Shown here one piece after another: positions 24,616 through 37,400 of a stretch of 64,000 bases of DNA. The notes below the pieces were generated by a model. The model made no database searches, was not told the origin of the DNA, and was given only the letters and a program-made list of their open reading frames with translations. The DNA lies in contig OZ249445.1 of assembly GCA_965235115.1 (NCBI GenBank), positions 5,704,001-5,768,000 of the forward strand. The letters run 5' to 3'. The position numbers and the translations under genes were made by a program. This DNA comes from Laetmonice hystrix (Eukaryota). Every line of letters starts with the position of its first letter. The first letter of the stretch is position 1.

Positions 24616-24816
24616 TAGTGGCGTCGAGGGGGAGGGGAGGGGGGGGAGGTCACAGTTCCCCGGGACAGTTGTGGGCTCTTTTTGGGCTCAGGATTTTGTT
24701 AAGGGGGGGGGGGGACCTACAAAGAATGTTTGTTACGGGCGTGGGAGGGGTAAGCCGGTAGGGGGTCCTGAGTTGTGCTGCCCCGGGACCCGGCCGCCTG
24801 GCTCTTGACGCCACTG
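24616..24816. mobile_element. hAT-like MITE remnant
   Basis: Termini TAGTGGCGTCGAG...CTTGACGCCACTG, G-rich interior; flanking 8-mers differ, so no TSD. Confidence 0.5.
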
Positions 24817-25030
24817 CCACTGGTCATTGGCCACACTCCCGTCTTTGATAGCTCACATCTTAATGGCTTATCTAAAAATAGTTTAAGGATAAACCTCCGT
24901 GGTGGCCGCTCACATGATTTCTTCTACCAAATTTAGAACGTCTTCGATTGTCACTGGACACTACTCGACCACAGAGCCACCAAGCGAAAGAGCCGAGAAC
25001 CAGCTTACTTTCTGGACTACCGCAAGATTG

Positions 25031-25094
25031 GTTCCCGATCCCGTCGCTAAGTGGCGAGAAAATATTCTCCCCACCTAGCGACGGGACCGGGAAC
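25031..25094. repeat. 30-bp imperfect inverted repeat (64-nt hairpin)
   Basis: gttcccgatcccgtcgctaagtggcgagaa-aata-ttctccccacctagcgacgggaccgggaac, 3 mismatches. Confidence 0.85.
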
Positions 25095-26393
25095 TGCACA
25101 AACGCCAAGGCTCCGTCAGCGACGAATCGGACCCCAAGAACTTTATCTTTACGACTTAGGTATTAAAATATACTACCTATTTGGCAAAGGTAAGAGATTT
25201 TTTAATATAAAATTATAATAGCCTATTTTAAAGGCCTATAGTTTTCTTAGGGCTATGTACATAAAATGGTCGGACGTTAAGGAGTGTTTGTCTGCGTGAG
25301 ACAGCCACGACTTAGACCGGTGACTGCGGGTTCGTTGTGCCGTCGGTTGGGCCGAAGTGTCAGTAGTATATGGAAAGTAGGACATTTAGGCTGAACTTGA
25401 AGTTGAAGGGTGTCAGTAGTATATGGAAAGTAGACAAGTTAAGTTGAAGTAGTACTAGTTTCCAGTTTCCACATGCGGCAGGATAGGCCTTATTAAGGCC
25501 AACCCCAAGCCAAGGCAAGGGGCATGAGGCGGCGGGGTAGGGCTGAACCACACCATTTATGTCTTGACTTTAGTCAGGATTTTCGGACGCATTACGCTTT
25601 TCAGCCTTTTGTACCCAAACTTCACGCCTAGCCTAACGTTACCCTAACTTTGCGCACTCCCGTTTGCATGGTTTGTACCCCGGCGTTGCAGCTGCTGTCG
25701 GGGGGATATCAACATGACAAAAACGAGATACAAGATATTTAATTTCTTTTATTCATGTAAAACGATTTGCAAATATGAACATATATCATAATGTACACTT
25801 TATAGAAACTTTTACACTTCTTTTATTTATCTCCCTTTTATTTTTAACTATTCCATTAAATAAATTCACTTTCATGCTACCCTGACAACCTTTGATGTAT
25901 ACACGACCACTATAAACCTTGTACTCCCTTCATTACCTAGGTTGAGGCACACCAGAGATGTCACAAACAAACCAAAAAGCACGGCTTAAGCCAACAGCTT
26001 GATTCCTACCAGTTAATCTACTGCCAGTACTCGTCTAGTTTCATGATGAAAGCTGCAGGAAAATTCTCTTTCAGACTGAATAGCTTCTGATGATTCCAAA
26101 CCATGGAGGTAGTTCAATAAAGATTTGAATTTACACAGAAAATATTTTTGGCAAGAATATCCTAAACTGGTCATGTCTTTTTATCTTTTTGACAATCTGA
26201 GGTTCTGTTTGTTTACCATTGGTAAGTAGATGAAATTGTGAATTCCTAACTTTTTTAACGTTCCTGACAACAAAAACTTTCAGGTCATGGCTGCAGTGGC
26301 TGTGTGTGCGTCCCCAGATGGGGAGAAGAAATAATGATAGTGTAATGATGATTAGTGTAAGATGATGATAATGATTACAATATGATGGTAACA

Positions 26394-29300
26394 TCATGAC
26401 TGAGGTATCTTTCGATTCATGCGCCTCGTTTGCCACATGTTGAACTTGGTGTAAGCTGCTGCCAACATCTCTTCCATGTGTCCAGCCAACTAGAGAACAG
26501 ACAACAAAACACTTGCAATCGAGGCGAGACACAATTAGAAATTTTCAATTTAAAAAGAGATAAATGAGGCTAGTATTGACATAGTAGGGTCATAGAGAGC
26601 TCAAGTTAATGGACTTAACCGAAGTATCTTAGCCTTAGGGACATATTTCTATCAATTTGAAAGTACATGTACACTACTTGTCATCAAAGGTGACACTTTT
26701 CCATGGATAACTGAGGGCCAACTCTCCCCTTTTCTAAACACAATCTGTACATCTCACTTCAATTGTAAACCCGTCCCAGGGCACCAAGAGGAGCAGACTT
26801 ACATTAATATGATAGTGTAGAGATGCCAGTTTCTCCTTGACCGGGTCAAGCATTGCCTGGTGGAAACGTTTAAGGTTTTCGTGCATGCGAACTGTCTGTA
26901 GGAGAATGATTTTGATTAGCAGTTTAAAGATTTTGATTAGCCATCTGCATTTCCGATATACATAGCCATACAGATAACATATCAATCTCACAAAGTATTC
27001 AGTTTTTGATAAAAACACAGTTTAATGTTTTAACATAATTGAGTAAAAGTAAAACGCTGACCAGTAATTCAATACCCAGTCGTGCACTTGCAGTCTCACT
27101 CTACATTTTATAATAAAGACCATGTCTCACATGGCTATTTGCCAGAAGTAAATAATCACGTGAGGCAGTCAGGCACAGTCAGTACAAATTTAACTGCTGT
27201 TATCTAACAGCTGAACTGAGGTAATTAACGAAGATTCATTTCAAGCTTGAAAGGAGTCTCAGGTCTAGACTCTAACATTTCTCTCCATTATCTTTCATTG
27301 CGACGTCATGTCTCTGACGTACCTTCTCCTCCATGAGCGGAGTGGTTGTCGGGAAACATGACCAGAAGTGACGTAGTAGCTCTAGGAGAGCACTGTATGT
27401 ATTGCGAAGCTCCTTCTGAATTTCGTCTCCAACCATTTCTGAACATAGATATTCAATGTGACAAAACCATGTTCACGTCCAACAAATATGTGTTGTGTAT
27501 ATAGCACAACAAACTTACACTGCCTCACTCACTTGCTGTAATAGTATATCATATTTAATAAATCTCTCAGGTTTGGCTGTGTAATGGTTTTACTTGTATA
27601 TCACAAAGAACATTGCTTGATATATACATGTACATGGACCTCAGAGATTCTGTTTCAGTTTTCATAATACATGTCATCAGAGTACTTACGGTCTAACTGT
27701 TGGTCTGAAAATGTTTTCATGAGTAATCCACCAGGAGAGAGTTCACTTAATATACTCATAGCTGTGTTACTTGACAACACCTGTAAATGCCAAAGGAAAC
27801 AATGTTTAAGAGAGAACAGTGCAGGTTGTTTTTAGTTTGAGGATGAGGATTTATGACCTCAACAATCTGTTCCCTGTATCATTCATAAAGAGAAATGGTT
27901 TATAGTACCTGAGACAGACTGGGCTGCCATTGGTGCATGACCTCTCGCACAGCATGCTGTGAGTGCAGCATCTCCTCGCTGGTCGTGTACTGGGCCGCTG
28001 TGGCAGGAGTTGGGCCGTGAAGGAAACGTTCGGCGTGTTTCAACCGTAAAACTGGGCCACTTTTTGTCTGACCATCAACCTCAAGGTCAGAATACTCAAG
28101 CTTTTCCTGCAGCTTTGCCTGAAATATTGTCATGGGGAGGAGCTTCATATTCTTTGGCCAAAATAAAAAAAAATAAAAAATTCTGACTTATACACATCTC
28201 ATACCATGCCCTGGTAACACCTCTAAAGAGAATCTGAAAAATTATCCTACAGATAATTATTCGAGACCAGCAATCTTGTTCTGAATAGTCAAATGTCATG
28301 CGCTTAAACCATTCCTGTCTCATCCCTACTACCTTTTTATGTTGTGGAGGCTGGATTGATGGCTGAGAGTTGGTGTGACTAGGAGCTGTGCCATTCGGTT
28401 GAGACCCCTGTTCACCAGTACAGGTTGCTGTCGCTCCGTGTTTGAGGCCAGCTTTAAGAACCATGGTTGAATGCTGGTTAAAACGCCTGATGAGTGACGC
28501 GTTGGCTGTGTTTGCACTCAGTGGTGTATTTCCATCCACTCCATAACCCTATAAATCATTAAATGATGATTAAAGATACAGTTCCAACTTAGGATACTTG
28601 GTAACGGAGGCATGATACGACAAGTGTCAGGTTCCCAACACTCAGAAATAAATACAGAATAAACAAAATAAATAAACAGTTTTTGAAATAAGTACAGACC
28701 ACTTGTGACATCATCATCATGTCACTCAGAGAAGAGTGACTACACACAACATGGTATTCAGTCTAAAAACCTGGCCTTATAAAATAATCCAAATTGTATC
28801 CAGATACACCAATAATTGAGTGGGCTAGGATATTCCCAATCCTTTGGTGAAGGGTTTATGTCTAAATAATGTGTAGAATGACCATGAAAACTGACCTCGC
28901 CAAGATTGTGGTCAGACAGGTAAGTGAGGTCAATAAATGGGTCATCCAGTGGCTGCTGCATTTCCTCCTTGATATCTATAAATATTTCAGTCATTCTAAG
29001 AGACATATCAATGGCTGTACATAGACACAGAGGACCACACTCATGGTATGTGGAGACAGCTCTGCAGTCTTTAAGGATTATATTTAGTAACATTTACATC
29101 CCTGGAACAGATCTCCAACTTAATTTTTCTTGCCTTTAGAATGGCACTGTATTAGTCATACCATGGCAATCCGCCATGGTACATATCCCAGCAGTCTAGT
29201 AGGAGGCCAGAAATAAGTCTCTGCCCAGCCAAAGTTTCCATTAATTATTTACCTGAATGAATTTGGTGATTTAGGATTGTTATTTAGAATGACAGAGCAC

Positions 29301-31201
29301 ATTCCACTTACTCTGTTCATCTGTTTTAGCACAGTCTGCAAATAAGTCCTTGTTATTCAAGTTGATACGGTCTCTATGGAAGTAATGGGATTGGAAAAAA
29401 CGTGTCCAGAAATCTGCCTCTGTTAGCTTGTCAGGTACATACTCCAAATGTTTCTTCTTCACTGGAACAGACACAAAAACAAAATTTATGACATTACAGC
29501 TAAACGTCCGATAGCCTGCTTCCATCTATTTTGAGGTATGAATGAGGTTCTTCATTCGTCTACGGCAGTTGTTACAGAGAAATTTAATCCTTCCTTATGG
29601 TAAGAACTTTATGAACATTTGATTTATCTCACTGAAAACTAGTGGGTTACCTGCAGGATAGGTACGGAATATGGCTCCAATGATGTCTGCTGTAAGATTA
29701 TATTTGAGTCCATTACAGCCATCCATCTGTGGTTGAATATCTGCCTGTAATAGGAAGGAACTGCTGCTACAATGGTTTCTGCTTGGAGTATATTCTCTGC
29801 CGAATCAGCATGGAAACATCTGATACAAAGAAGTGTTAATAGTGAAGTGGAAATCATTTTATCTCATAAAGTACATTAGATTATATCTAATCTAATAATT
29901 AATAAATCTTTGAGCACGTGAATCTCTTATTTTAGGTGCATGTGTGATGAGTCATGATAAATTTGTTCATAAATTTGTCCATAATTCTTTTGTATCGAGT
30001 TGCCAACACTTTGATTTAAAGATGGCTCAGAAGGATAGAAAGCTCCATGACCTTACCAGGAATGCTGGTGACACCCCTACATCTTGTTTACTGTTAACAG
30101 GAGTTGTTCCTTGTTGCTGAAAAATTAAAGTGTGTTCTTTAGAAAATATAAACTTTACAAGTGACTACCATTTCACAAAACACGTCAAACCAACATACAT
30201 AAAGTGATAGGCTCACAGTCCCTAGGCAATCAATCCCAAGATTTACCTTCAGGAAATAAGTGTTTTTCTTCTTTTTTTGAAAGAGACCTGATTAAGATAT
30301 ATCTATATACACCTGAACTCTGTTGGCCCAGAACTCTTCAGCCGAGACAATGCCTGACACTACGAGGTCTTTGTAGAGCTGGAACAACTCTGGATCTTCC
30401 TGGAGCATCCTTGAACAATATAAAAGCTCTTCAAATCAGAAACAAAATCTCTTCGTAATCTACTCGGATTTATCTGGGCTGTGGTTTCCCAATCAACTTT
30501 CTAGATCTAAGTAATTAAAGTAATCTGTTCTGCACTGCCAATGATGATAACATTCAATAAAAAAATAAAAAGTAAAAAGTTCATTACTGGTAGTTGTTTA
30601 CAACTTTCATAATGAACCGCTGTGTTTATAATTCACCTGTTTTTCTCCTCGAGCTCGCTGTTGACTTTGTTTCTGAATTTAGGCAGGAGTTGCTGGAGCA
30701 GTTCCTTCACACCCTCCCTGTCCTGAATCTGTGCATCTCGGCCCTTAGGGTTCGTAAAGTGGAACGTATCTGCTCCACCATCATGCATCACTGCCTGAAG
30801 CTGTACTTTGGCTTTCGTATCAGGAGAAATCTTTTGGACTGAAAAATTCACACATTGTCCCAAAATTTTGATAACTGTTGCCTGATTGTTACCAGCTTAA
30901 TGTGAAAATGGCTAAATATTATCAGTGTATATTAAATTGCTGTATGGCAACATTCAAGATGTCAATAACATTGCACGAAAGGCTAAAAAATAGCTTTACA
31001 TCTCCATCTTTACATCTAAGTTTGATAGTGATTTAATCATATTGTACCTTTAATATCAGCATAATTGTGGCTGATTGAAAATGTGTCCTTGCTTTGCTGC
31101 ATCCATGCCATCCGCTGGCCCATCATGTACATTGCTCCATCACTCTTCTTGTGTCGAACATGTTTTATAATTAATAACACCTCCTCTGAACTACGCGACA
31201 T
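26394..31201 (-). CDS. GTF2H1: General transcription factor IIH subunit 1 (p62), ~552 aa
   Basis: Exons (minus) 31201-31048, 30838-30637, 30409-30313, 30116-30057, 29744-29651, 29461-29312, 28975-28896, 28548-28333, 28118-27909, 27780-27690, 27438-27323, 26895-26803, 26489-26394 (TGA); 1659 nt. [21 protein letters not shown]-like start, [53 protein letters not shown] (BSD), [10 protein letters not shown]. Possible non-coding 5' exons with donors near 31753 and 31885. Confidence 0.97.
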
Positions 31202-32482
31202 TGTCAGACCTGCAAAAAAAATAAAGGAAGTGTATATTTAGCCAGCAATGGCTAAATAAGATTATCTTAGTTTGACTTATTACCAAATCAATTTCTTGGG
31301 TTAGGGTTATGGTTAGGCCTCGAGTTATTTTATTTTTGTCTTAGTCAGGTTCGGCCGCTAAATAATATGAAACCATGCACCCGGAGATTGCAGACCAGTG
31401 GAGAAAACAGACCACGACACCGGCTAAATATACACTGCGGCCAGTACCTATATTAAGTTGAAGTGATTCCTCACAAATTCTAACTGCCACAGGCAGTGCC
31501 AGTGGCACGGACTGTGTAACTTCATCTTGTCTTTACTTTTCACTCGACTGTAGATAGAGAGTGTTGAGTGTAGAAGTTAGTCTGTGTGATTGTCACTTTC
31601 ACAGTGTCAGTTAGCCGTTGACTCTCCCCTATACACTAGCTGTTAAGGGTGTCCACATCTAAGTGTCAGTCAGTGGCACAGGGGACAGACACACACACCC
31701 ACACACACACACAGTGCGAGTGCGACGGCGAGTGTCACTGGCCTCAAACTTACTTCAAACACGTCGATTGAAGGTACTGATGCAATGATGTTACTATATG
31801 ATATTTCAGAACTAGATTCCGATAGAAAGTGAGACTTGTAAAGACCCAGGTCATACAGTAAATATCTGGAGGGTGGTCTACTTACCTCTGCGTGGAGCTG
31901 ACAACTTTCCTCACACTCCGGCACGAACAATCATTCAGGTATCACAGCGCTAGTTATTTAAGGATGGGAGGTAAACAGTGAACCTAAAAGCGATGTAGGT
32001 ACGATATGTTTTCAGATAAAATTTTGAAAACAACATTTTTAGTGCTTCCTCATATTCCGCCGTTATTAAGGGAGCCCGAGACCGTTGGGGCTTTTGAAAA
32101 CTAAAAACAAAATGTATTAAAGTCGGAGTTGTATGGTCGACGGAGTGAGTTTAATCTCCGGAGACCTTAATATACTACCACTCCGCCATCTGGCGGGAAA
32201 ACCGTGTAAGTTTCGGAGGATGACTGGAGATGTTCTTCTCATTTCAAACGAAATCAAGTATAATATAATTCCCATTCCATTTGTAAATGTCCATACGCAT
32301 AATTGGGCCATACTCTTGTAGACATGTGTGCCGTACAGCCTATTGTAACGAATTGAGCTGGTTTTTCTGTGTTATCCGGTGGTCCTCGTCAAGATTGGTG
32401 TTACTGACCACGTGCCCTTTCCGCGGAGGGTCGTACAACGTGGTCCAAACAAACTGTTAACCGGCGATTTTCGGTGCCGGCT

Positions 32483-32509
32483 GGGGGGGGGGGGGGGGGG
32501 GGGGGGGGG
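32483..32509. repeat. G27 homopolymer upstream of GTF2H1
   Basis: Direct reading of the sequence. Confidence 0.9.
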
Positions 32510-33588
32510 TAAAAGTAATTTTTACATCATGTAGGCCTACATGGCAAACATTCCCTTCATGTTCCTGGGAAAACAGTTTGAGAAAAATCATATTTGTGAG
32601 AAGGAAATGATAAAAACTGGACGAGATGAGAACATAACAAGAGCCTTAATTGCGTATAATATTTTCTTTATTTCTTAGACCTCTCTGTTGATGAGATACT
32701 GATGATAAAACACCAAGGGAAAATCTTTTTGAAGTGTTTACAGAGTTAAAAAATCTTTCCTTCATAGTAACAAAACAAGCCTATATGATACATCTCTTCT
32801 TGTTTCAAACATTTTGAGGAATTGAAGAAATAACTCAACCATCCTAGGTTTCTGTCCTGCAACTACTTGAGCGCCCTCATCGGACATGTAGGTGAAATAA
32901 CGAGGCACCTAGAATTTGAACATGGAGAAAAAAACATTGGCAGGAAAAAGTTTCTACCATAAATAATACTGTTCCACTCCTTATTCTTTATTGCACCAGC
33001 CCAACTTCATTTATAATATTTTAAAATGAATTAAAACTCTTTACGTGTATGGCAGATTAACCCTGCATTTGTAAATAAATGTTTGAAAACTCAACATGTG
33101 CAGCATGTCAAAGACAGAGCTCTACAGATCATATGCGTGAATAAAATAGTTCCAACTTTGCGAAGAATATCACCATCTTGATATTCAAATATCATTCAAA
33201 GATCATTAATATCAAACATTCCAAATATCAGATAGAAAGGTGTTCAAGTAATATCATGTCCCTCTTTTACTTTTGCGCATTCAGAAATCACCTCCAGACT
33301 TTACAGATTATGCTATAGGGAGCACAAGTCTCGTGACCTAGTTATCATAACATTGTGCTAACGAGCATCCCTGGCACCATACAGCCTTATTGTATCACAA
33401 TTCCCCATTGGTTTAACATAGGGTGAACGTACACCTCTACAAATACTGGCCTGTTTTTTTGACAATTGAATATTTCTTAAATATGAAATGTATATTTTCT
33501 AACATAAGAGATGTTGGTTTAGATGTATAGTGAGTTTGATGAATAAGAAAACAATAATCGTGGAGATATCACGGGTTGAAGTTGTGTT

Positions 33589-33770
33589 ATAATATCAACA
33601 TCCAACTCTCTAACCTTCACAGACAATGCGGTATAATATCAACATCCAACTCTCTAACCTTCACAGATAAAGTGCTATAATATCAACATCCAACTCTTCA
33701 ACCTTCACAGATAAAGTGCTATAATATCAACATCCAACCTTGAAACCTTCAACGCTTCACAGATAATGTG
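33589..33770. repeat. 44-bp tandem repeat (~4 copies)
   Basis: ataatatcaacatccaactctctaaccttcacagataaagtgct. Confidence 0.88.
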
Positions 33771-33911
33771 TTTTAACATGTAATATTAAATCTACCTTCA
33801 TTCTTTCACAGATCCTTTGATATGATTCACGTCCTGTCCTGCACAGTAAATGCGACAAAATGAAACGTGAAAGATTTGAAGAACGGTTCCATTGGAATGG
33901 CTGTTACCGGT

Positions 33912-34262
33912 ATGTAGAGAACGATGGAATGCTTCCATTAGAATGGTTGTTCCTATGTAGGGAACGATGGAATGCTTCCATTAGAATGGTTGTTCCTATG
34001 TAGAGAACGATGGAATGCTTCCATAGAATGGTTGTTCCTATGTAGAGAACGATGGAATGCTTCCATAGAATGGTTGTTCCTATGTAGAGAACGATGGAAT
34101 GCTTCCATAGAATGGTTGTTCCTATGTAGAGAACGATGGAATGCTTCCATAGAATGGTTGTTCCTATGTAGAGAACGATGGAATGCTTCCATAGAATGGT
34201 TGTTCCTATGTAGAGAACGATGAAATGCTTCCATAGAATGGTTGTTATTGTAGGGAACCATG
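33912..34262. repeat. 42-bp minisatellite (~8 copies)
   Basis: gtagagaacgatggaatgcttccatagaatggttgttcctat; source of three spurious ORFs. Confidence 0.93.
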
Positions 34263-34493
34263 GAAACGGCACAGGTCCTAGATACCATCTCCCCAATCAA
34301 AACAAAATCTCTTCAAATTTGCTGTGTACTTTCTCACCTCCATACCTCATCGGGAGCATGTATCAGACAGTATCAGTTGGGATTCGAATGCTGACTTGTA
34401 AATACCTAGAAACAATTGTTCTGTTGTTTATGGGTATCATGAACGATTATTCCACAATCTTATGCAATCAGGCGTTCAACATTCCTAGTCAGG

Positions 34494-37400
34494 TTACTCA
34501 AGAATGATAATTTGTCTGAGCTCCTTTAGCAAGATGAACTCTCTCAAAAAGACGGGAAGCGGTAGATTCTGGACCTTCTTGATTATATTGTATCCTATAG
34601 CCTGACGTATGATGCTGCGGGAGAGCAGACGAAGGGGCCGTGGGTTTGACACCCAGTCAATGAGACGGGTCCGGAGGTTGACATTCTCTTGCAGTGGTGC
34701 TGGTAGACTTGCTGTCCTGGTCGGATCTGTCAGTAACTGCCGGGAGAAGAATCAGTAGAGTCAGCTGAATCACCTTATAAGCAGTCAAACACTGACGTCA
34801 GTATTTCATAAGCAGTCAAACACTGACGTCAGCATTTCATAAGCAGTCCAACACTGACCTCAGCATGCAATAAGCAGTCAAACACTGACCTTAGCATGCC
34901 ATAAGCAGTCAAACACTGACCTCTGTATGAAACATATTACATTGTACAATGGAAACTGAGGGTGATCTCCTCGGGACAGAACGCAAGGTGCTCTCAAAGC
35001 AAAATATGTGTACAAACCCTTCAAAGTACACTTGATATCAGTATAACATAACAGTAAGGTTTTTTGAATGTAGGCAATCACTGTAAACATTGAAAACCAG
35101 GAAAAGTTCATAGTCTTATTTTTGGCAACCAGTTAATTTGTAAAAATGGGTAGGTGTGGGCTGGTCCCAAATAAACATTTAATTACGAAATTTTTAATGA
35201 AAGCCTTTTATTGTCTTTCAGACCTGCAAGACAGACGGAAGAGTTTGTCATACCTGCCAGTCAAAGTTGCAGCCAGCTAATATCAGCATTTCAATGATGG
35301 TGCCAAACTTTTTGTTGGGTTTGGTTTTGAATGGATCTAAGCGTGTGATGTCACAGTTAGCTTCAAGAAGCACCCGTAGAACGCGTCGGTGGCCCTCGTT
35401 AACAGCAACCATGGCAGGTGTTAACTCATACAGTGACTCTACGTCAACCCGAGCCCCACTGGCGACAAGGAGCCGTGTACACTGAGCATGCCCTCCTCGT
35501 GAAACCTGAAAATAACAGGTCAGGTCACACCATTTATAACAAATACCCTCGCTAGTACAGCAATAATAACTTATTTCAATTCTCAATGTAATTTGCTACT
35601 TTTTCTCTCTTTCATCATCAAAAAAGTGATCCAATTTTTTTTTCATATAAAAATCAACATATATTTTCTGTTTCTGATCCCACCTTGTGTAGTGCAGTCA
35701 TTCCACTAAAGTCAGCATGGTTCACGTTACAGCCTTGTTTCAGCAGCAGTTTCATGACGCCCTGGTGTCCCCTGGCGGCAGCCAGCAGACACGGCGTGAT
35801 TCCATTCATCCACACAGAGATATCAGGGTCAACACCTGCAGCTAGAAGCATGCCGACAATGACTACATGATTATTCTGGGCTGCCACGTGTAGTGCTGTC
35901 CATCCTTCATCTGTCTTCACTGTGACATCTGCTTGACCATTGATAAGCATGTCTACAATGGTGTCGTGTCCGTGTTCGGCTGCGTTGATGAGCGGAGTTT
36001 TGCCATGTACATCACGGACATCAGGAAGGGCCCCAGCTGACAGGAGTAGCTGAACACACCTGCCTTCAAACAGGACATCGACATTACCAGGTATTTATGA
36101 ACACTGAAAAACTACAGCAGTCAACCACTGCCTATAAGTTTAGATATAGAATACAAAATCTGGTTCGAGTAATTTCATAGTACATTTGTAAATTATTTTG
36201 TGTGGAAGCTGTGGTCATCATTTTAAATAACATTTTTGTCGAAAAACTGAGCCATTGAGGTATAATAGAGCTTCCTGATTGAACCTTTAATAAACGTACA
36301 TACATACTTGCACCTGACTTTGTTGCCACATGCAAAGCTGTTTTACGCATGAGGTTAACCTTGTTCAGGCAATGACTGGGGTCAGAGGTCATGTGTCGTA
36401 GCAGAAGTTGTAGCAAAGCATCATAGCCACGCTTGGCTGCCAGTAACAGAGGTGTGTCTCCATTACGGTTTGGGCGGCCAGGGTCAGCTCCCTCCTCAAG
36501 CAAATACTCAACACACTACCAACACACAATACATGGTGCCTTAAAAAATCTTTTCTGTCACGCAGTTTACTTAGTTTATAAGCAGGGTGTGTAATCAGAC
36601 AGTTTTCATTGAAAACTAAATGGACAATGACTTTGTACCAATAGTCTGACTGATTTATACACTTTGGTTTCTCAATAAAAACAAACACTTGATATTGGGA
36701 TGATTATTTGTTGCCTGTGTACCCCGGCACTATTTTTCTTGATTTTTACTGTGACAATTTTATACTGTGACTGAATGTCGCTCCTTTCACTTTGTGACTA
36801 AACGTCCTCTGACCAAATGTCCTCTGACCAAATGTCCTGTGACCTAATGTCCTGGGACCAAATGTCTTGTGACTAAATGTCTGGATACCATCACAGACCA
36901 GGCCTTAGGTACTTGCCATGAATTATTGTGATTGCCATTTAACTCACCTGTAAGTGTCCCTTGTCACATGCCATATGTAAGGCTGTCATCTGGTCATGGT
37001 TTCCATTGTTGATGTTCCAGTACTTAAGTCCACGAGACCACATCAACAGAAGTTTAACCACCTGAGAGTGGGATTACAGATAAAATAGATCATTATGATA
37101 TATCTTTCCCAGCAGTGGAAATTAACGCTCACCCTTTCACTTGAACTCGCCCTAGGCAATTTCATTTACAGCAGGGCCCCTGCTGGCTAGTACCGTAGGT
37201 GATTTCCCCCAATTTCCATCCCCCTTTTCCGTCAAACACACAAACACCTTTAGTCATATCTTTTTGAAATAAAAGGTAGACTCCACACTAGTCAGAATGA
37301 TAGGTGTCAACCCATTAGAGGTCTAGCAATGGAAGTATACCTCAGCATGTCCGTTGTGGGAGGCAAGCAGGACAGCCACATTACCATTCTGTCCAGGCTG

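Noticed and set aside
31081-31140. Apparent frameshift in GTF2H1 exon 1
   Set aside because: Re-reading gives [14 protein letters not shown] in frame.
32183-32196. CTCF-like motifs (also near 7183, 11897, 40298)
   Set aside because: Short matches expected by chance in 64 kb; cannot be supported without ChIP or conservation.
33589-34262. CRISPR-like arrays
   Set aside because: Head-to-tail repeats with no unique spacers, in a eukaryotic context with no cas genes; the same holds for the other arrays.
33904-34300. Repetitive ORFs (ILWKHSIVLYIGTT)n and others
   Set aside because: Products of the 42-bp minisatellite.
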